A stretch of 62,435 bases of DNA, counting the filler, from Globobulimina sp. (taxonomy: Eukaryota), in assembly GCA_003354225.1 (NCBI GenBank). It is 11 parts of 11 records of this genome, joined end to end, with 100 filler letters (N's around TTAATTAATTAA, not from the genome) between each part and the next. Parts side by side here need not be neighbours in the genome. Positions count along the whole stretch, not along the records: positions 34,145 to 39,729 come from PIVH01000502.1; positions 39,830 to 45,408 come from PIVH01000503.1; positions 45,509 to 51,086 come from PIVH01000504.1; 8 more parts are not named here. One strand, written 5' to 3'. Positions 37,990 to 51,186 of this stretch are shown one piece after another. The notes beneath the pieces are model-generated. The model had not been told where the DNA came from, ran no database searches, and was given only the letters and a program-made list of their open reading frames with translations. A program made the position numbers and the translations under genes. The number at the start of each line of letters is the position of its first letter. Within the stretch, counting starts at the first letter, position 1.

Positions 37990-39206
37990 AATATTTTCGT
38001 TCTCGTTTGGCAAACAATAGAATTGCCCCAAAAGACCTAAAAAATACAAAACATATTCAAAAAATTAGATGTAGAGATAAAGTCCATGGTACAAAAATTC
38101 ATTACATCTCAAATCTGAGAAATTGGTCAAAATATTGCGCCCATATTGATGAAGATCCATTTGCTATGCCCTTAGACCCATTAACTATAACTTATTGGTT
38201 TTCTGAAAGAGCCCTCCAATTAGGAAGTGTTCAGTCAATTTATTCTTGGCAATCAACATTAATTTGGTTATGTAAATTATGTGGAGGTAATTATGAATGG
38301 AAAACAAATATAGATTTTGATGATTTTAAAAAAGGATTAAAAATAGAATATTGGAAAGAGGCGGCAAGCCGACTCCCTTTTGAACTAAAACACATAATAA
38401 AATACACAAAATACTACAAAGCATATGGCCAACATTTAGCGTCTATTGATATTAATATATTGGCAAAAGTATTAATTGCACAGATTTATTTTTGCTCAAT
38501 GTCGAGGCCCTGTGAATTATTAGTATGCAAATCTAGTAAAACTAAATTCGGAGTTAAACTTAAAAATATATTTCATATAAAGACTGCGCCTAACAAAAGA
38601 GATTGGTATTTTATTTTATATGTAGTCTCATTTAAAAATCAAAAATTTAAAAGTGTAGTAAAGAAAGTAATTATTGGGGACTCAAGATGTGGTAATAAAT
38701 ATATTAACTTTACACAGAGACACTGTCCGTGTAATTATATAAATCCCTATCTATTATTAAGTATATACTTAGAAAGAACATATAAATATTCACTCCAAAA
38801 CAAATATTTTACAATTAATGAAGATATAAATATATTTAGATTTAAAAATAATACAAATGCATTAACTACGGATTTATGTGAAATTGCAAAGGAAATCACA
38901 ATCATTTGCAATTTATCAGAACCAGAAAGATACACTTCCTATGCCTTTAGAATTGGAGGTTCCTCCCTTGCCAATAATAACCAGATACCACATCCTAAAA
39001 TACTTAAATATGTTGGCTGGAAACCCGCCAATTTACCACATGTATCTTATAGATATATGTGTTATACAGAAATACAGTTAGCAACGTTTATAAAAGAACT
39101 TGTCCATGGATACAATTATAAAAATAACTATGTAATAAAACATTATAATAACATTGGCGAAATATTCGATCCCTGGGCAAATTGTGTTGATTATAAAAAC
39201 TGGTAA
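37990..39206 (+). CDS. Tyrosine recombinase
   Basis: SRPCEL (R), SFKNQ (K), YAFRIGG (HxxR position), VGW (W), YRY (Y). Confidence 0.88.
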
Positions 39207-39829
39207 TGTTTCTATATAAATATTTTGATATAACTCCACATAGTGATTAATTTCCAATGTGTTTGTTTATCTGATTTGTTAATTTTGTTTAAAGAGCAGG
39301 AGTTTGTCATTAATTTTAGTGACTTAACGTTTTGTGTTTGGTTTTTATTTCCCTCTCACAAATTTTTATCTCCTCTGCGTTCTTTTTTAAATTCCTTTAA
39401 TCGGCCACAGGTTTTAAAAAGTAAAAATTTTGTCCTACGGGAAACGGGGTTTTATTTATATTTTATGATTTATTGTATCATAAAATAATTATAATTGATT
39501 GGTTTATTCCACCAATCAATTTGTTAATATGTTTAAATTTAATTTTAATTTATTTCTCCCGTTTGTTCTAATATAAATCAAGTGGTCATCTTCTTGACAT
39601 CAACTTGAAATATATTATATTAACATTTCATTTTGATCTAATTATTTTAAGTTTGGTGTTGTGTGCATTTGTCTATTCAAAATGCGTGTGTCTTTTTGAA
39701 GTCTTTACTAAAACTTTACTTCAACTTTTNNNNNNNNNNNNNNNNNNNNNNNNNNNNNNNNNNNNNNNNNNNNTTAATTAATTAANNNNNNNNNNNNNNN
39801 NNNNNNNNNNNNNNNNNNNNNNNNNNNNN

Positions 39830-42275
39830 ACTGTTGGTTGTTGTTGGTTGAATTGCGGCTGCTGTTCCAACTGTTGTGGCTGTTGCTGAGTGAATTGTTG
39901 TGACTGTTGTCGCTCCAGTTGTTGTGGTTGCTGTTGAGTGAGCTGCTGTGGCTGGTTACCCAATTGAGACTGCTGATCAAATTGCTGTTTGACCAAACGA
40001 TGTCTTTCCGATCTCTCCCTATGTTTTTGCTTCATCAATTCAACTTCATTGAATAAATTGCGTATGCCATTGTCTTGTTCCTTTTGACTATAATAGTAAA
40101 AAATCAGAAGAAATAGTATAATTGATTATAATAGTAATTTGCTTACTGCGATGCTATGATTTCTAGAAGGCGCTGATGTTCTTTTATGGTCTTTTGATGA
40201 TCTTTAATGGCTTTTACGATGGCTTTCTTGAATGACATATCAGACGAGTCAGTGTCTTGAGTGTCTGTGGCACCATGCGCTGTTTCTGGCTGGCACTGTG
40301 TGGCTACTGATACTTTCTCAACATTGTTCGGCGTTTCAACTTGTATTTTCTCCTGCTCAGAGTCGGTAGTCTGAAAACATCCATCTGAAATCTGTAAATG
40401 GCTAAACAAAGCTTACTTTTTTCTTTTTCCTCGATGGCTGTTGCTCCATTGTTTCATTTTGAACATCTTTTTGTTGTTGTATGCAGTGCTCCTTAGGACT
40501 TGCCTCTTCATCTTTTGAACGCCTACGTTTCGAACTACTGCCCTCTTTTGAAGGGCTTGGCACCTGAAATCACGTTTTATATTTCTATAATTTTTTTTGT
40601 TGCAAAATTACCTCTTTTTTCGGAATTTTGAAGTCTTTCAGAGTATTTCTTATACCACCACCCTCCACAATTATAGGACGCCTCTAAATAAGCAGTGGAA
40701 TTCAGAGTAATATTTACCCGAGTTTTTGGGGGTTTACCTGTCTGCATTTCTGCACCAATTCAGGAATACTCATGCTTCTTTCTGTTTCGTGAACATTTGA
40801 GTCCTTGTTCAACAGATGCACTCTGCTAATATGACCCACCATCTCAACAGCATTTGGTTCTTCGTACACCTCATCTTTTGCCCTAGCGCAAATGAAGCAA
40901 ATGTACTGATATTCTGAAAACAGTAATACACAGTAAATGGTAAGAAAAGAGCATAAATACTACACTAACTGCATTCGTGCGTTTTGGTCCATTTTTGAAT
41001 TCTGAATGTATGTTTGCACCGTACACATGTATTCTTTCCATCCATGATCACCTTGGATATGCAGCAATACCATCACAATATATCAATTTCACTAACTACT
41101 GTAGGTATTTACAACTGGAGTTAACCAGTAAATATAGCACCAAAAGTCTCATGATTCTTTTTTTAGTTTAAATTTTATTCAATTTATACAAAGCTCAAGT
41201 CACCGTTTGGGGGTGTCCACTGTACAACACACCAAACTGCTGACTGGGTAGCATACAAAGCAACACTTATGCATACAGTGCATGGAAATGTCAATATAAT
41301 AAAACTTACAGTTGAGATGGTACCAAATAATGAAACTTATCCAAAGGGCCCTTTTCCATTTCCTCTCTTGTAATTTGCATTTGCATTTCCATACATCTGT
41401 TGTCGTTGGAAGGCTTTCATTGAATTTGCAGCTACTTCGATTTGTTCCATTTGAACTTGAAGCACCTAAAACTCTTACTTTTATCAATGCCAAACAAAAC
41501 TGACAAACTAACTAACCTTTGTTCGTTCTTGATCTTTAGCAACTACGTTGTAATATTGTTCAATTATCTCAGGGATATGTTCGCGAAAAGAACCAAAATC
41601 TGACAAAGTCAGGGAAATTCGTTTGCCAAAGTCAACCGGTTCGAATTCGATAGTTTCGTCTGGACACTGCACCTTTTTGAAATTCATAATTGAGAGATAT
41701 GACTTTTGTTTGTCACAATTACACCACCACCTGTAAAACAACAAGCTCAGTTATCTTAAGTTTTTATTGATTACTATTGTCGTACAGAACTGTGCTCAAT
41801 ATGGATAACTGTGATCATAGCAAATTTTCACAGTGATCATTTGCCATGCATTTGACCACTACTGAGCACTGTGTCAACCACTGATTACTAACTGTGTGTA
41901 TAATTAGTCACTACCAGCCACTGATCAGTAACTGCTATTCACTATTAACCAAAACCAGCCACTGATCAGTAACAGCTGTGCATAATGAGCCAGTGGCTGT
42001 CATAGATCGGTAAACATAATACCCTATTGTCTATTGTCAGTCAATATAGAAGAAGCTTACCGAGCACCCAATACATGGTTGTTGTAGTTGTTTTGATTCA
42101 GAACAATGACCTTTGAAATGGACCCATTAGCTATTTTCTGGAATTTGGTCACTCCTTCACTTGCTTGTTCAGCGGCTTGTTTCAGTTTGGCTTCTTCAGC
42201 AATCGCGATGTCAAGAGGGTCTTGGGGTGACTTACCTAGGTTCTGGCTGATAGCACCAAAGTTTGGAGTAGCCAT
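39830..42275 (-). CDS. Multi-exon Cys-rich / Gln-rich hypothetical gene; contig possibly of animal (nematode-like) origin
   Basis: A chain of short ORFs bounded by GTAA donors and TTTCAG/TTTAG acceptors. Includes C..C...H...H zinc-finger-like exons and a poly-Q end. Confidence 0.45.
41913..41998. repeat. Intronic 20-bp direct repeat plus inverted copy
   Basis: accagccactgatcagtaac at 41913 and 41954; cagtggct at 41991. Confidence 0.8.
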
Positions 42276-42474
42276 TCTATTAGAGAACTTATGAGAGAGG
42301 GAGAGGCAGGGATAATGGTAGAAAATAATAGAACACTGATTTTAGTAACTAAATCAACCCTCTTTTATAACGATATGGCAGAGCCTCAGGGGGGTACCTG
42401 AAACAAAGAATTTACCTGCACACGAAAAACAAATTCGCTTACACGAGTAATTGAGCAGTGAATAATGAATAACG

Positions 42475-42665
42475 GACCAATAAGTAACGTCGGAGCGATG
42501 TTCTACCGGAGAGAAACATGTAAAGTAAAGTAAATAGTGAGAATGAAGAATAGACCAATAAGTAAGTTCGGAGCGATGATCTACTGGAGAGAAACAACAA
42601 GTGAGTAAACTACAGATTGTTCAGTCAATAAGAAGAACCGGACCGATGTTCGAGCGTAACGAAAC
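42475..42665. repeat. 44-bp direct repeat x2 plus a degenerate third copy
   Basis: gaccaataagtaa..tcggagcgatg.tctac.ggagagaaaca at 42475 and 42553; weaker copy from 42624. Confidence 0.8.
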
Positions 42666-43219
42666 GAGAAGTTATCGACCAGGACAAGGAAATACAAAAA
42701 CAAGGCCGGAGCGGTTAACAGTCGGAACGAAAACAAATGAAAAACTTTCGTTTTTGTTGCCTTAAGTTTAAAGTTTCATTCGAATGATCAAATTAATCCG
42801 TTTTATGTTTCTAACTGTCAATTTTGACAACCCCGAAGAAAATATTGACACAATTTATTGCGTCCGCTCGATGCCGGAGAGAATCAATTTTACGCATCTG
42901 CACCCACCGAGTCACATAATAATTTTTTTGGAATCGGAACTTCAAAGTCAAAAATGCAGTCAGGTGGAACGCCGGATATTATATAAAATACAGGCCATTT
43001 GCTACACATACTCAGTTGCAGCGTTTGTCTTCCTATGTGCTCCTTGTTTTAAATCTCTCTGCTGACTGTAGCAGTCCTACTGTCTTCAGTAGGTTCTCTT
43101 CTTTCTACGTTGCTCCCCTTGTCTATCTAAAGACATATTGGTTGTGTCTTAACGACGCCGATGTAAGAAGTATGTCAATTTTCTTTAAATTTTCTTTCGT
43201 TTAACTTTAACAAGTTAGA

Positions 43220-44492
43220 CGATGGAGAAAACGAACTTTAAACTCTCTTCCTAGGCCTATAACAAGTTTTGACAAATTTTGACACTTAGAGAAAATGGAC
43301 ATAACATTTTTTCATAAGGTTATGTTGGGGCTAACTATTTTTTGACGCTTTCAACAATATTGATTGTTTTGGCGTTTTCAGCCATGTTAGATCAAATCAA
43401 TCAAAGAATATATGAGCTCAAACAAGCCATCAAAATATGGGGGTCAGATTTTGGTTATTTGAAACATACCAGTCGCTCAGTAAATCTTTTCGCCCTTGAT
43501 GCCAGTGTAAAGCAGAATCCATTGATGATAGAATGGTCCAAAGTTAGTGGTGAAATGAGCTGTAAGTAATAATAATGATGCTATATACAAATAGATGCAG
43601 TACATACATAAATATTATCCATTCCTCACCACTTAGGAGTGAATTGTAAAGAATTATTATTTGATATTTGCCCATTTTGTGAATATCATACCAAATTTTC
43701 ATAGTTACACAATTTAATTCTGTATTTCACTCTGATTCTCTTCTGCATAACTGACTGGCTGACAAACTGACTGACATATTTTGTAACTTTTTCAAAATAT
43801 TATTGTTCTTTTATGCAGAGGAATTTTTAGTATGAGAAAGTAGTAAAGTATCATTACTTTAACTTCATTTTTAGTCAAAGATTTTGGATATTTCCATGGT
43901 AATTGGCGAACAACTTCAGCTTTGTTTGCAGAATTGCAAGACCATATGTTTATTCGGCACATTGATTCCTACCTGGATGGAAATGGTTGGCATATGGAAG
44001 TGGCTACTGTGTCAGACAACAAACGATATCACTTTGATGCCACTTCAAAACAAGGTCTGATAGGAACATTTTTTGAGAGTCAAATTGGACATAAAGTTCT
44101 CTTTCAAGTTAGTTAACACTAATAGAAATAAACGTTTCCAAATACAGTTTATTTTATAGGACAATGTGTACAGAAATTCAATCAGTGTCGAAAATTATCC
44201 AGATATTGACATAATCAAAACCCTTGATAAAGCTGTCATCATGTTGAAAGATGCTGTACTTCCTCCAGTTCGCACAAATAAATTATTGGAGAAAATTGAC
44301 CGTTGTCTCGATGATATACCCGAACCACCAGATGATGATGATGATGATGATGGAATTTTCAATAACAGATGTGATGATGAAATGGACTGGAGCGATGAAA
44401 AATTCGATGATGGATACAACGATGAAATGGAATGGAGCGATTGGGAACAACCAGGTTTTGAGCACGAATGGTATCCAAATCCTGAATGTTGA
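43220..44492 (+). CDS. Probable multi-exon hypothetical gene with acidic C-terminus
   Basis: ORFs 43342, 43922 and 44166 are flanked by AG/GT sites; boundaries approximate. Confidence 0.35.
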
Positions 44493-45508
44493 CTTTTGCT
44501 GAGTTGCTATGTTGATTCGGTGCTGTGCAGTAACATTTGCTGCCATACTGATTAACTATGCATTGTGCATATTTTGCATGATCTGTACTATTGTTAATCA
44601 CTTTTCATGACTGACTGATTGCTAGGTCAATTCAGTAATTCGTGATGCCTAATTGAACTATGCTTTGTGTATGATGCTTTTTCTTGAAAATGCTTCTTGA
44701 TAGATTGAATACTATGCTGAATCAGTAATGACCAGTAATGTTTGCTGGCTTACTAATCTGCTACAAATGTCAGAAATCAATTTTTTGTAAAATGTACATA
44801 ATTTTTAGTCTATTAATTCAATATTGTGAGTTACAATTTTTGTAAATTAAATGTTACGAGAATATGTTTTTATATGGCTCTAATAAGAGTAATAAAAGAA
44901 TCACTTTCGGTTTGTAATGTCAATATTTAAATAATGCAACTAAAAGGGATTAAATTTAACATCATACGTAGAGGGTCCCCTAACTTCGTAAAAACAAAAC
45001 AAGTCTATTTGGTTGAATCGGGTTATAACATTAAAACATTGACCTTGTTTTACTTCTGCCGAATCGCGACTCATTTAATTTGTTCCATATCAAGGTAAGT
45101 CGCTATCCTAAGTATATTCACCACCATTAATTATTTAAATACCTAAACAAGAACAAGTTAAGCTGTATCATACTTCAACCGACTCATATTTTACTAAATG
45201 TTTTTCATTTTTTCAGATTGAATACCATCATCAATATCTGGATTTTACAATTTTTGGTCAACAAAAATATTGTTGTCAGCTGATGACAGCGAAATTTGCT
45301 GTCTCATACCGCGACTTTATTTTTTGAACATTGGATTTAACATTGGATTTTTATTTTTTGATTGCACCGGTAAGTGGTTTTTTATAAATAATAATATAAT
45401 TATATATCNNNNNNNNNNNNNNNNNNNNNNNNNNNNNNNNNNNNNNNNNNNNTTAATTAATTAANNNNNNNNNNNNNNNNNNNNNNNNNNNNNNNNNNNN
45501 NNNNNNNN

Positions 45509-47450
45509 GTTGGTTAATATGTAGTGCTTGTGATTGTTGGATTCGTTGTTGGTTTTGCTGTTGTTGGATGTACAGTTGTTGGAGTTGCTGTTGTTGGATT
45601 AGTTGTAGTTGGCGATACTGTCGGTGTCATACTTGGTTGCGTAGTGGGTGGCAATGTCGGTGGTTGTGTAGTGGGCGATGCTGTGGTAGTTTGCGCAATA
45701 AAATTAACAGCAAATGTATTTGTGCCAGTTGTTGTATGTTTCTCTAACATTAGCGATGAACCAATTGCTTCATTGAATTGTATAACATTTGTATGTTGAT
45801 CCCATATCGTTTCATCTAAATTCATTTCAAAAATAATTCGTAACCCATTTGAAGAAAAAATATCTAATATCACTGCTATTTGTAACCAGACTTTATTTGC
45901 CTGATAAACAACATTTGATAATGTTTTACCACTAATAAAATATGAATATAACGATGCTCTGCGATCATTATTTTTGCCCGTTGTAAATATAATTGCATCA
46001 CCAAACATTTCTGTATTAAATACCAAACCGAACCAATTATTAGTATACCCTTTGTATGTAACATCAAATGTGATTGTATTATCCATGCAATTTATAGTGG
46101 ATACAATATCTAAGTTGCCAGTATGTGCAGAACCTATTGATATATAACAATTTGCCGCAGTATTTGTAGTTGTATATGTTGTCGGAACGGGTGTAATTAA
46201 TGGTTGGTTTGTGGTTGTTGCGTGATAACAATTTGAATGTGTTTCTATACAGTTCCAAGCACCATCTACATGCGTAATATTGCATGCGCCCAGATCGCAA
46301 TACATGATGTTATGTCCACTTAATGCCATTCTGGGGGAATATTGTGTTAAATCAACATCATTCCAACTGTTTGCAGCGTGAATTGTCATCGATGTTTGCT
46401 CAGAAAATATATCCACTGAACTATCCACAATATTCCCTCTAATCACACAATTTTTGCTGTCACTATGTGGTGGACAAAATATTTCAAAATCTTGACACGA
46501 TTTTACACCGTCGCAGTGCATATGCAGTGCACTGGAATATGTCGCATAAATCTTTGTATTTTGACAAGTAAATACATCGTTACATAATACGTTGAGATTA
46601 TAACCAATGGGAGCAATAATATTTGCGTTGGTTAATGAATTGAGATTTACGCCATCAATTAAACAATGTGCATCGGAATAACATATCATCGTTGCGTTGT
46701 AACATGCTCTTTCCGATAAGCACTCAACAACACATGCTTCATTATTGTTTGGTATACAATCAATATTTTGTCCTATACATTGGTCTGCTGTGCATTGTAT
46801 GGTTCCATCATTGTTAGTAGTTTGTGTGGGGGCATATGTTGGTGTTTCGGTTGTAACCGGGCTCATTATGATAGAAGCTGATTTGTAGTAACTTTGGATG
46901 ATACAAATTAACAAAAACCAAAAAGAAAACCCAAACCTGAAGCTTTATTTGTTGACAAATGTGCAGCATTCCGAGCAATTTGAAAGTCTGCAGGTATTGA
47001 ACCAATTGCAGTTATTATGTTGATTATAAATGGTATGGATGGGAAGAGTGGAGGACTTGGAAACGCATATATTCCATCAATGGATCGCCTAATGGTGACA
47101 TTTCGTGTTTGACCATCATTAATATCCGATAACACCGTAATTTCAGGGGTTTTATATATATTGCCTGATCTGTGAGTTCCTAATGTAAATTCCCATACTA
47201 ATCCTTGTGATAAATCATTACGATTATATTCCATAATTATTGCATATGTTCCATCCATTATGGTATTGCTAAATCCAAAGCCATACCAACAACTTGATGA
47301 ACCAACTAATTTTAAAACCACTGTATTTGTATCATAATCAATGCTAATTGTCACTGCATTACTACCAATAACATTAGCTGAGCCGGTGTATGTTTGGCCG
47401 TTGACCGTAGTTAACACGAATACGAATGATAGTAAGTATTGTAGTGACAT
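45509..47450 (-). CDS. Secreted protein with two DOMON-like domains, a Cys-rich domain and PT-rich mucin repeats
   Basis: Signal peptide MSLQYLLSFVFVLTTVNG; WYGFGFS..MDG and WFGLVFN..MFG; intron 46936-46878. Confidence 0.7.
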
Positions 47451-47575
47451 TATCCCAGTGAGAAGACTAGAGGAGAAAAACAACAAAAAACAGAGATAAG
47501 TTTGCATCTTTTGCATCTTTCTTCTTTGAATAATAAAAAAGCGGGATTGGTGTATTGGGTTTATGAACGGTGCTG

Positions 47576-48577
47576 TTCAAGCATTATGAAGCATATCAAA
47601 CGGTTCAGCTGATTGCGAAAAACGTGAATATGCTATAGCTATCTTGCTGTTCAGCGTCAGAACAGTTTTGATCTGTTAATAATGTTTGTGAGGCAATGAG
47701 CATTTCAGAAACAAAACAGAGACACAATGCAAAAAATAAAAGGCGAGACAGAAAACGTTGGTGAAGCAGGTGGTATCTATCAAGTTGGGACAGGAAACGT
47801 TACTGCTGGACTGGTATAGAAAACGTTGGAACAAAAACGCTGATTCTAGAAAACGTTGGTATAGGAAAAGGTGGCGAAGTATGTGGTATAGAAAAGTGAA
47901 ACATATTGTACAGAATAAACAGTGTATATATTTGAGTAATTTCCTCTTCCCGCGTAATGTTCTGCAAAAATATCACATGTCCCATGATGGTGTTTGATAT
48001 TTGGATACATTTAGATTGTGGATTGATGTTAATCTTTAAATGTTTCTTGTGGAATATAACTAATTGTTTTACATATCTAATATTTCTTCTTTTAAATGAA
48101 ACATATTTGCTTTTTATAAATAAATCATTTAATTGAATATCCACCATAATCATTTCTAGATCATTGATATTATCAATGATCCACGACACTCGGAATAGAT
48201 CGCTACACCGTGCACAATGCACAGATAAATTACTTAATTGGTAATATTGATTGTTTACATTATTTCTTTTGAAAAACATATAGTTTTGCACAGTCCAGCA
48301 TCATGGCTTTCCGAATAAGCCACCTGACAACATTATTATCATGTTGTTCATACTATGGAATGTTGCACATCCGGATATACGGTGGATTTATTGGCAGGGA
48401 GACTTTACGTCGATCAACAACGACATTTCTATGAATCCGACTTATTATCTGGCGGATGGGGTAGAATTTAATGTGGTGAATTCAATATTTTATAAGCTCT
48501 GTGCCAATCGGAATGGAGGGGCTATTCATTGTTATGGTGGCTGTATTGGGTTTATGGACGGTGTCGTTGGAGATGTC
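47576..48577 (+). pseudogene. Tandem duplicate of the upstream region and an internally deleted copy of the 49230 gene
   Basis: Colinear similarity to 48578-49300 and 50805-51086. Confidence 0.85.
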
Positions 48578-49229
48578 GTTGAAGCATATATCAAATGGTT
48601 TAGCTGATTGCGGAAAACGTGAATATATCTAGCTATCTAAACTTGTTTCAACGTCAGAAAGGGTTTGATCTGTTTTTATTGAGAAAAACAAAAAAATATT
48701 TTTTCATTAATCACAACATTGCAAATCATCAAAGAATGTTTAATTAAAATGATTGTTTAATTAAAACAAAAAATAAAAGGTGAGACAGGAAACGTTACTG
48801 CTGGACTCATAGAAAACGTTGGTGTAGAAAAAGGTGGTGCCGCATGTGTGTATATTTCAGCACTCAAAAGAGTTATTTTGAGTAATTTCCTCTTCCTACG
48901 CAATGATCTGCAAATTAGTGCAAAAATATCCCATGGTGGTGTTTGATATTTTGATATTGTTAGATTGTGGATTGATGTTAATCTTTAAATGTTTCTTTGT
49001 GGAATATAACTAATTGTTTTACATATATTTTTTTTCTCTTCAATTTGATGAATTGAAAATCAGTTAAAAAAATGCTCTCTCCTTTATAATATGTAGATCA
49101 TTAATATTTTTAATGATCCACTACACTCACAATAGATCACTGCACAATGCACAAGATTTTTCGTATGTTTACATTTATTACGTTTGAAAGTTTTGCACAG
49201 CCAAGTGAGCCAACTACGATAAGAGCATC

Positions 49230-51086
49230 ATGGCTTTCCGAATAAGCCAACTAACAACATTATTATCATGTTGTTTCATTTCCAACTTTGTTGACTCAGC
49301 AACATACTATGTCGATTCAGAAGCATCACCTGGCGGTTCAGGTTCATCATGGAATGCTGCATATCAACGTTTAGAAACTGCATTCAGCATAGCCTCCACC
49401 AATGATTTCGTATATTTACGAGGAAACCGGACATATATCCCGCATACCTCCTCGCGCGATGACTGTTTTCTTGCACCCGAAGGTGTTGCCATTTATGGTG
49501 GATTTACCGGAACAGAAACATCCCACATTGAGAGACCAAATTCTCTCTCAGATTTTATCGACTACGAATCAATTCTATCCGGCAATATCGGTAACAAAGG
49601 TACAAATTTAGACAATTGTTACCATGTCCTAACGTACACCAACATAATCTCAATGGATCGGGTTGTAGTCACCGAAGGCAATGCAAATTATGAATATCGT
49701 GGCCCAGAAACACGTACAGAATTAAATGGTTTTGGCGCGGCATTGATCACAAATGATACCTTATCCTCACAAAATGTACTTATTTCCTTCAGCGTATTTC
49801 GTGACAATGAAGCCTTTGCTGGCGGTGCATTATGGTTTGGATCCTCTCAACCAAACTCCAATATTAATAATGATGTCACAGTTCGAATAAACGACTGTGC
49901 GTTCCAAGGAAACAAAGCATTCAACGGCCGATTTGAAGGTGGATATGGCGGTGCCATCTATGCTTATAACAGCGTATATTTATCTATTCGAAGCAGCGGC
50001 TTTTCTGAGAATTATGCGGCGTTTCGAGGTGGTGCAATATATCAAGATTATGGTGGAGATTTGCTGTGTAACAGCAATTGCGTATTTACCCTGAATTTAG
50101 CTGAAGCGTATGGTGCTGCCATATTCAGTCAAAATCGTTATTCTGTGCATGGTATGTTGTTTTTATTTGTATCTACAAATACTAAATTAATTTATTTAAT
50201 ATCCAGGAACGTTTCCGTTTATACAAAATACGGTTTTTGATGATAATACAGCTTTGGTATTTGGCGGAGCCACAGTAATGTTGAACAATGTGCTCGGCGG
50301 CCTGAAAGATTCCATCATTAGTAAAAACCGCGCCGTTTTTGGCGGTGGAACTGCCTTTTTTTGGAGTAATTTGACTATGGAAAATAATGTATTTACCAAT
50401 AATGTCGCCATGCAAGATCCTGATTCATTTTATGAAGCTGAATTTTTACACGCCGGCATTGATGATGCTGTACAGGTGGATTTAAATGAAATTATGTCTG
50501 AGATATGGGATTTATATCAAAATAAACCTGAACAGCTTGATATTTTCCCCGATGCACCAATTACAGCGACACAGTTATGTTATGTGGATATTACCAATAA
50601 CAATATTGTCCAAGATGGCAGTTCATGGCAGAATGCATATACTGACTTACAGAGCTGTTTGGATCAATTATCCGCCAACATTGCTGGTGGCGAAGTATGG
50701 GTGGTTGGTGCAGGCGAAAATAATCCATATCTACCAACTGTAGTACCTGCATTGAAACCGCGCAATCGAGATATTGACAAATCATTTTTACTGTATGATA
50801 ATATCCGAATATACGGCGGATTTATTGGCAGGGAAACGTTACGCCAACAGCGAAATTTCTATGGCAATCCGACGTATTTATCTGGCGATGTTGGGAACAA
50901 TCAATTAGTGAATAATATGATTATTGCTGCAGATAATACGTTAATTGACGGGTTTTTTCTCGTCAATGCCGGCTGTGCTTCAGACGCAGATGAAGGCAAT
51001 GTCGGTGGTGGTATCTATGCGGATGGGGTAGAATTTAATGTGGTGAATTCCATATTTTATAAGCTCTGTGCCAATCGGAATGGAGG
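49230..51086 (+). CDS. Secreted right-handed beta-helix protein, polymorphic-membrane-protein-like (truncated)
   Basis: Signal peptide; YVD...GSSW..AY motif twice; FxxN + GGA(I/L) repeats; intron 50152-50206 preserves frame. Confidence 0.85.
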
Positions 51087-51186
51087 NNNNNNNNNNNNNN
51101 NNNNNNNNNNNNNNNNNNNNNNNNNNNNNNTTAATTAATTAANNNNNNNNNNNNNNNNNNNNNNNNNNNNNNNNNNNNNNNNNNNN

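Larger units (their letters stand above)
34145..39729 (+). mobile_element. Tyrosine-recombinase retrotransposon (DIRS/Ngaro-like); termini not captured
   Basis: Co-oriented gag-like, RT-RNaseH and tyrosine recombinase ORFs. Confidence 0.9.

Noticed and set aside
35543-39206. Prokaryotic RT system (retron, DGR or group II intron) beside an integrase
   Set aside because: The fused DIRS-type RNase H, gag zinc finger and YR order identify a eukaryotic YR retrotransposon; no template/variable repeat pair was seen.
42475-42665. Possible CRISPR array (44-bp repeat, 34-bp spacer)
   Set aside because: Only two good copies; the spacer resembles the sequence upstream of copy 1; eukaryotic context with no cas genes.
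47758-48607. ORFs 47758, 47800 and 48341 as independent genes
   Set aside because: They lie in the duplicated upstream/pseudogene segment and are not conserved as frames in the paralogous copy.
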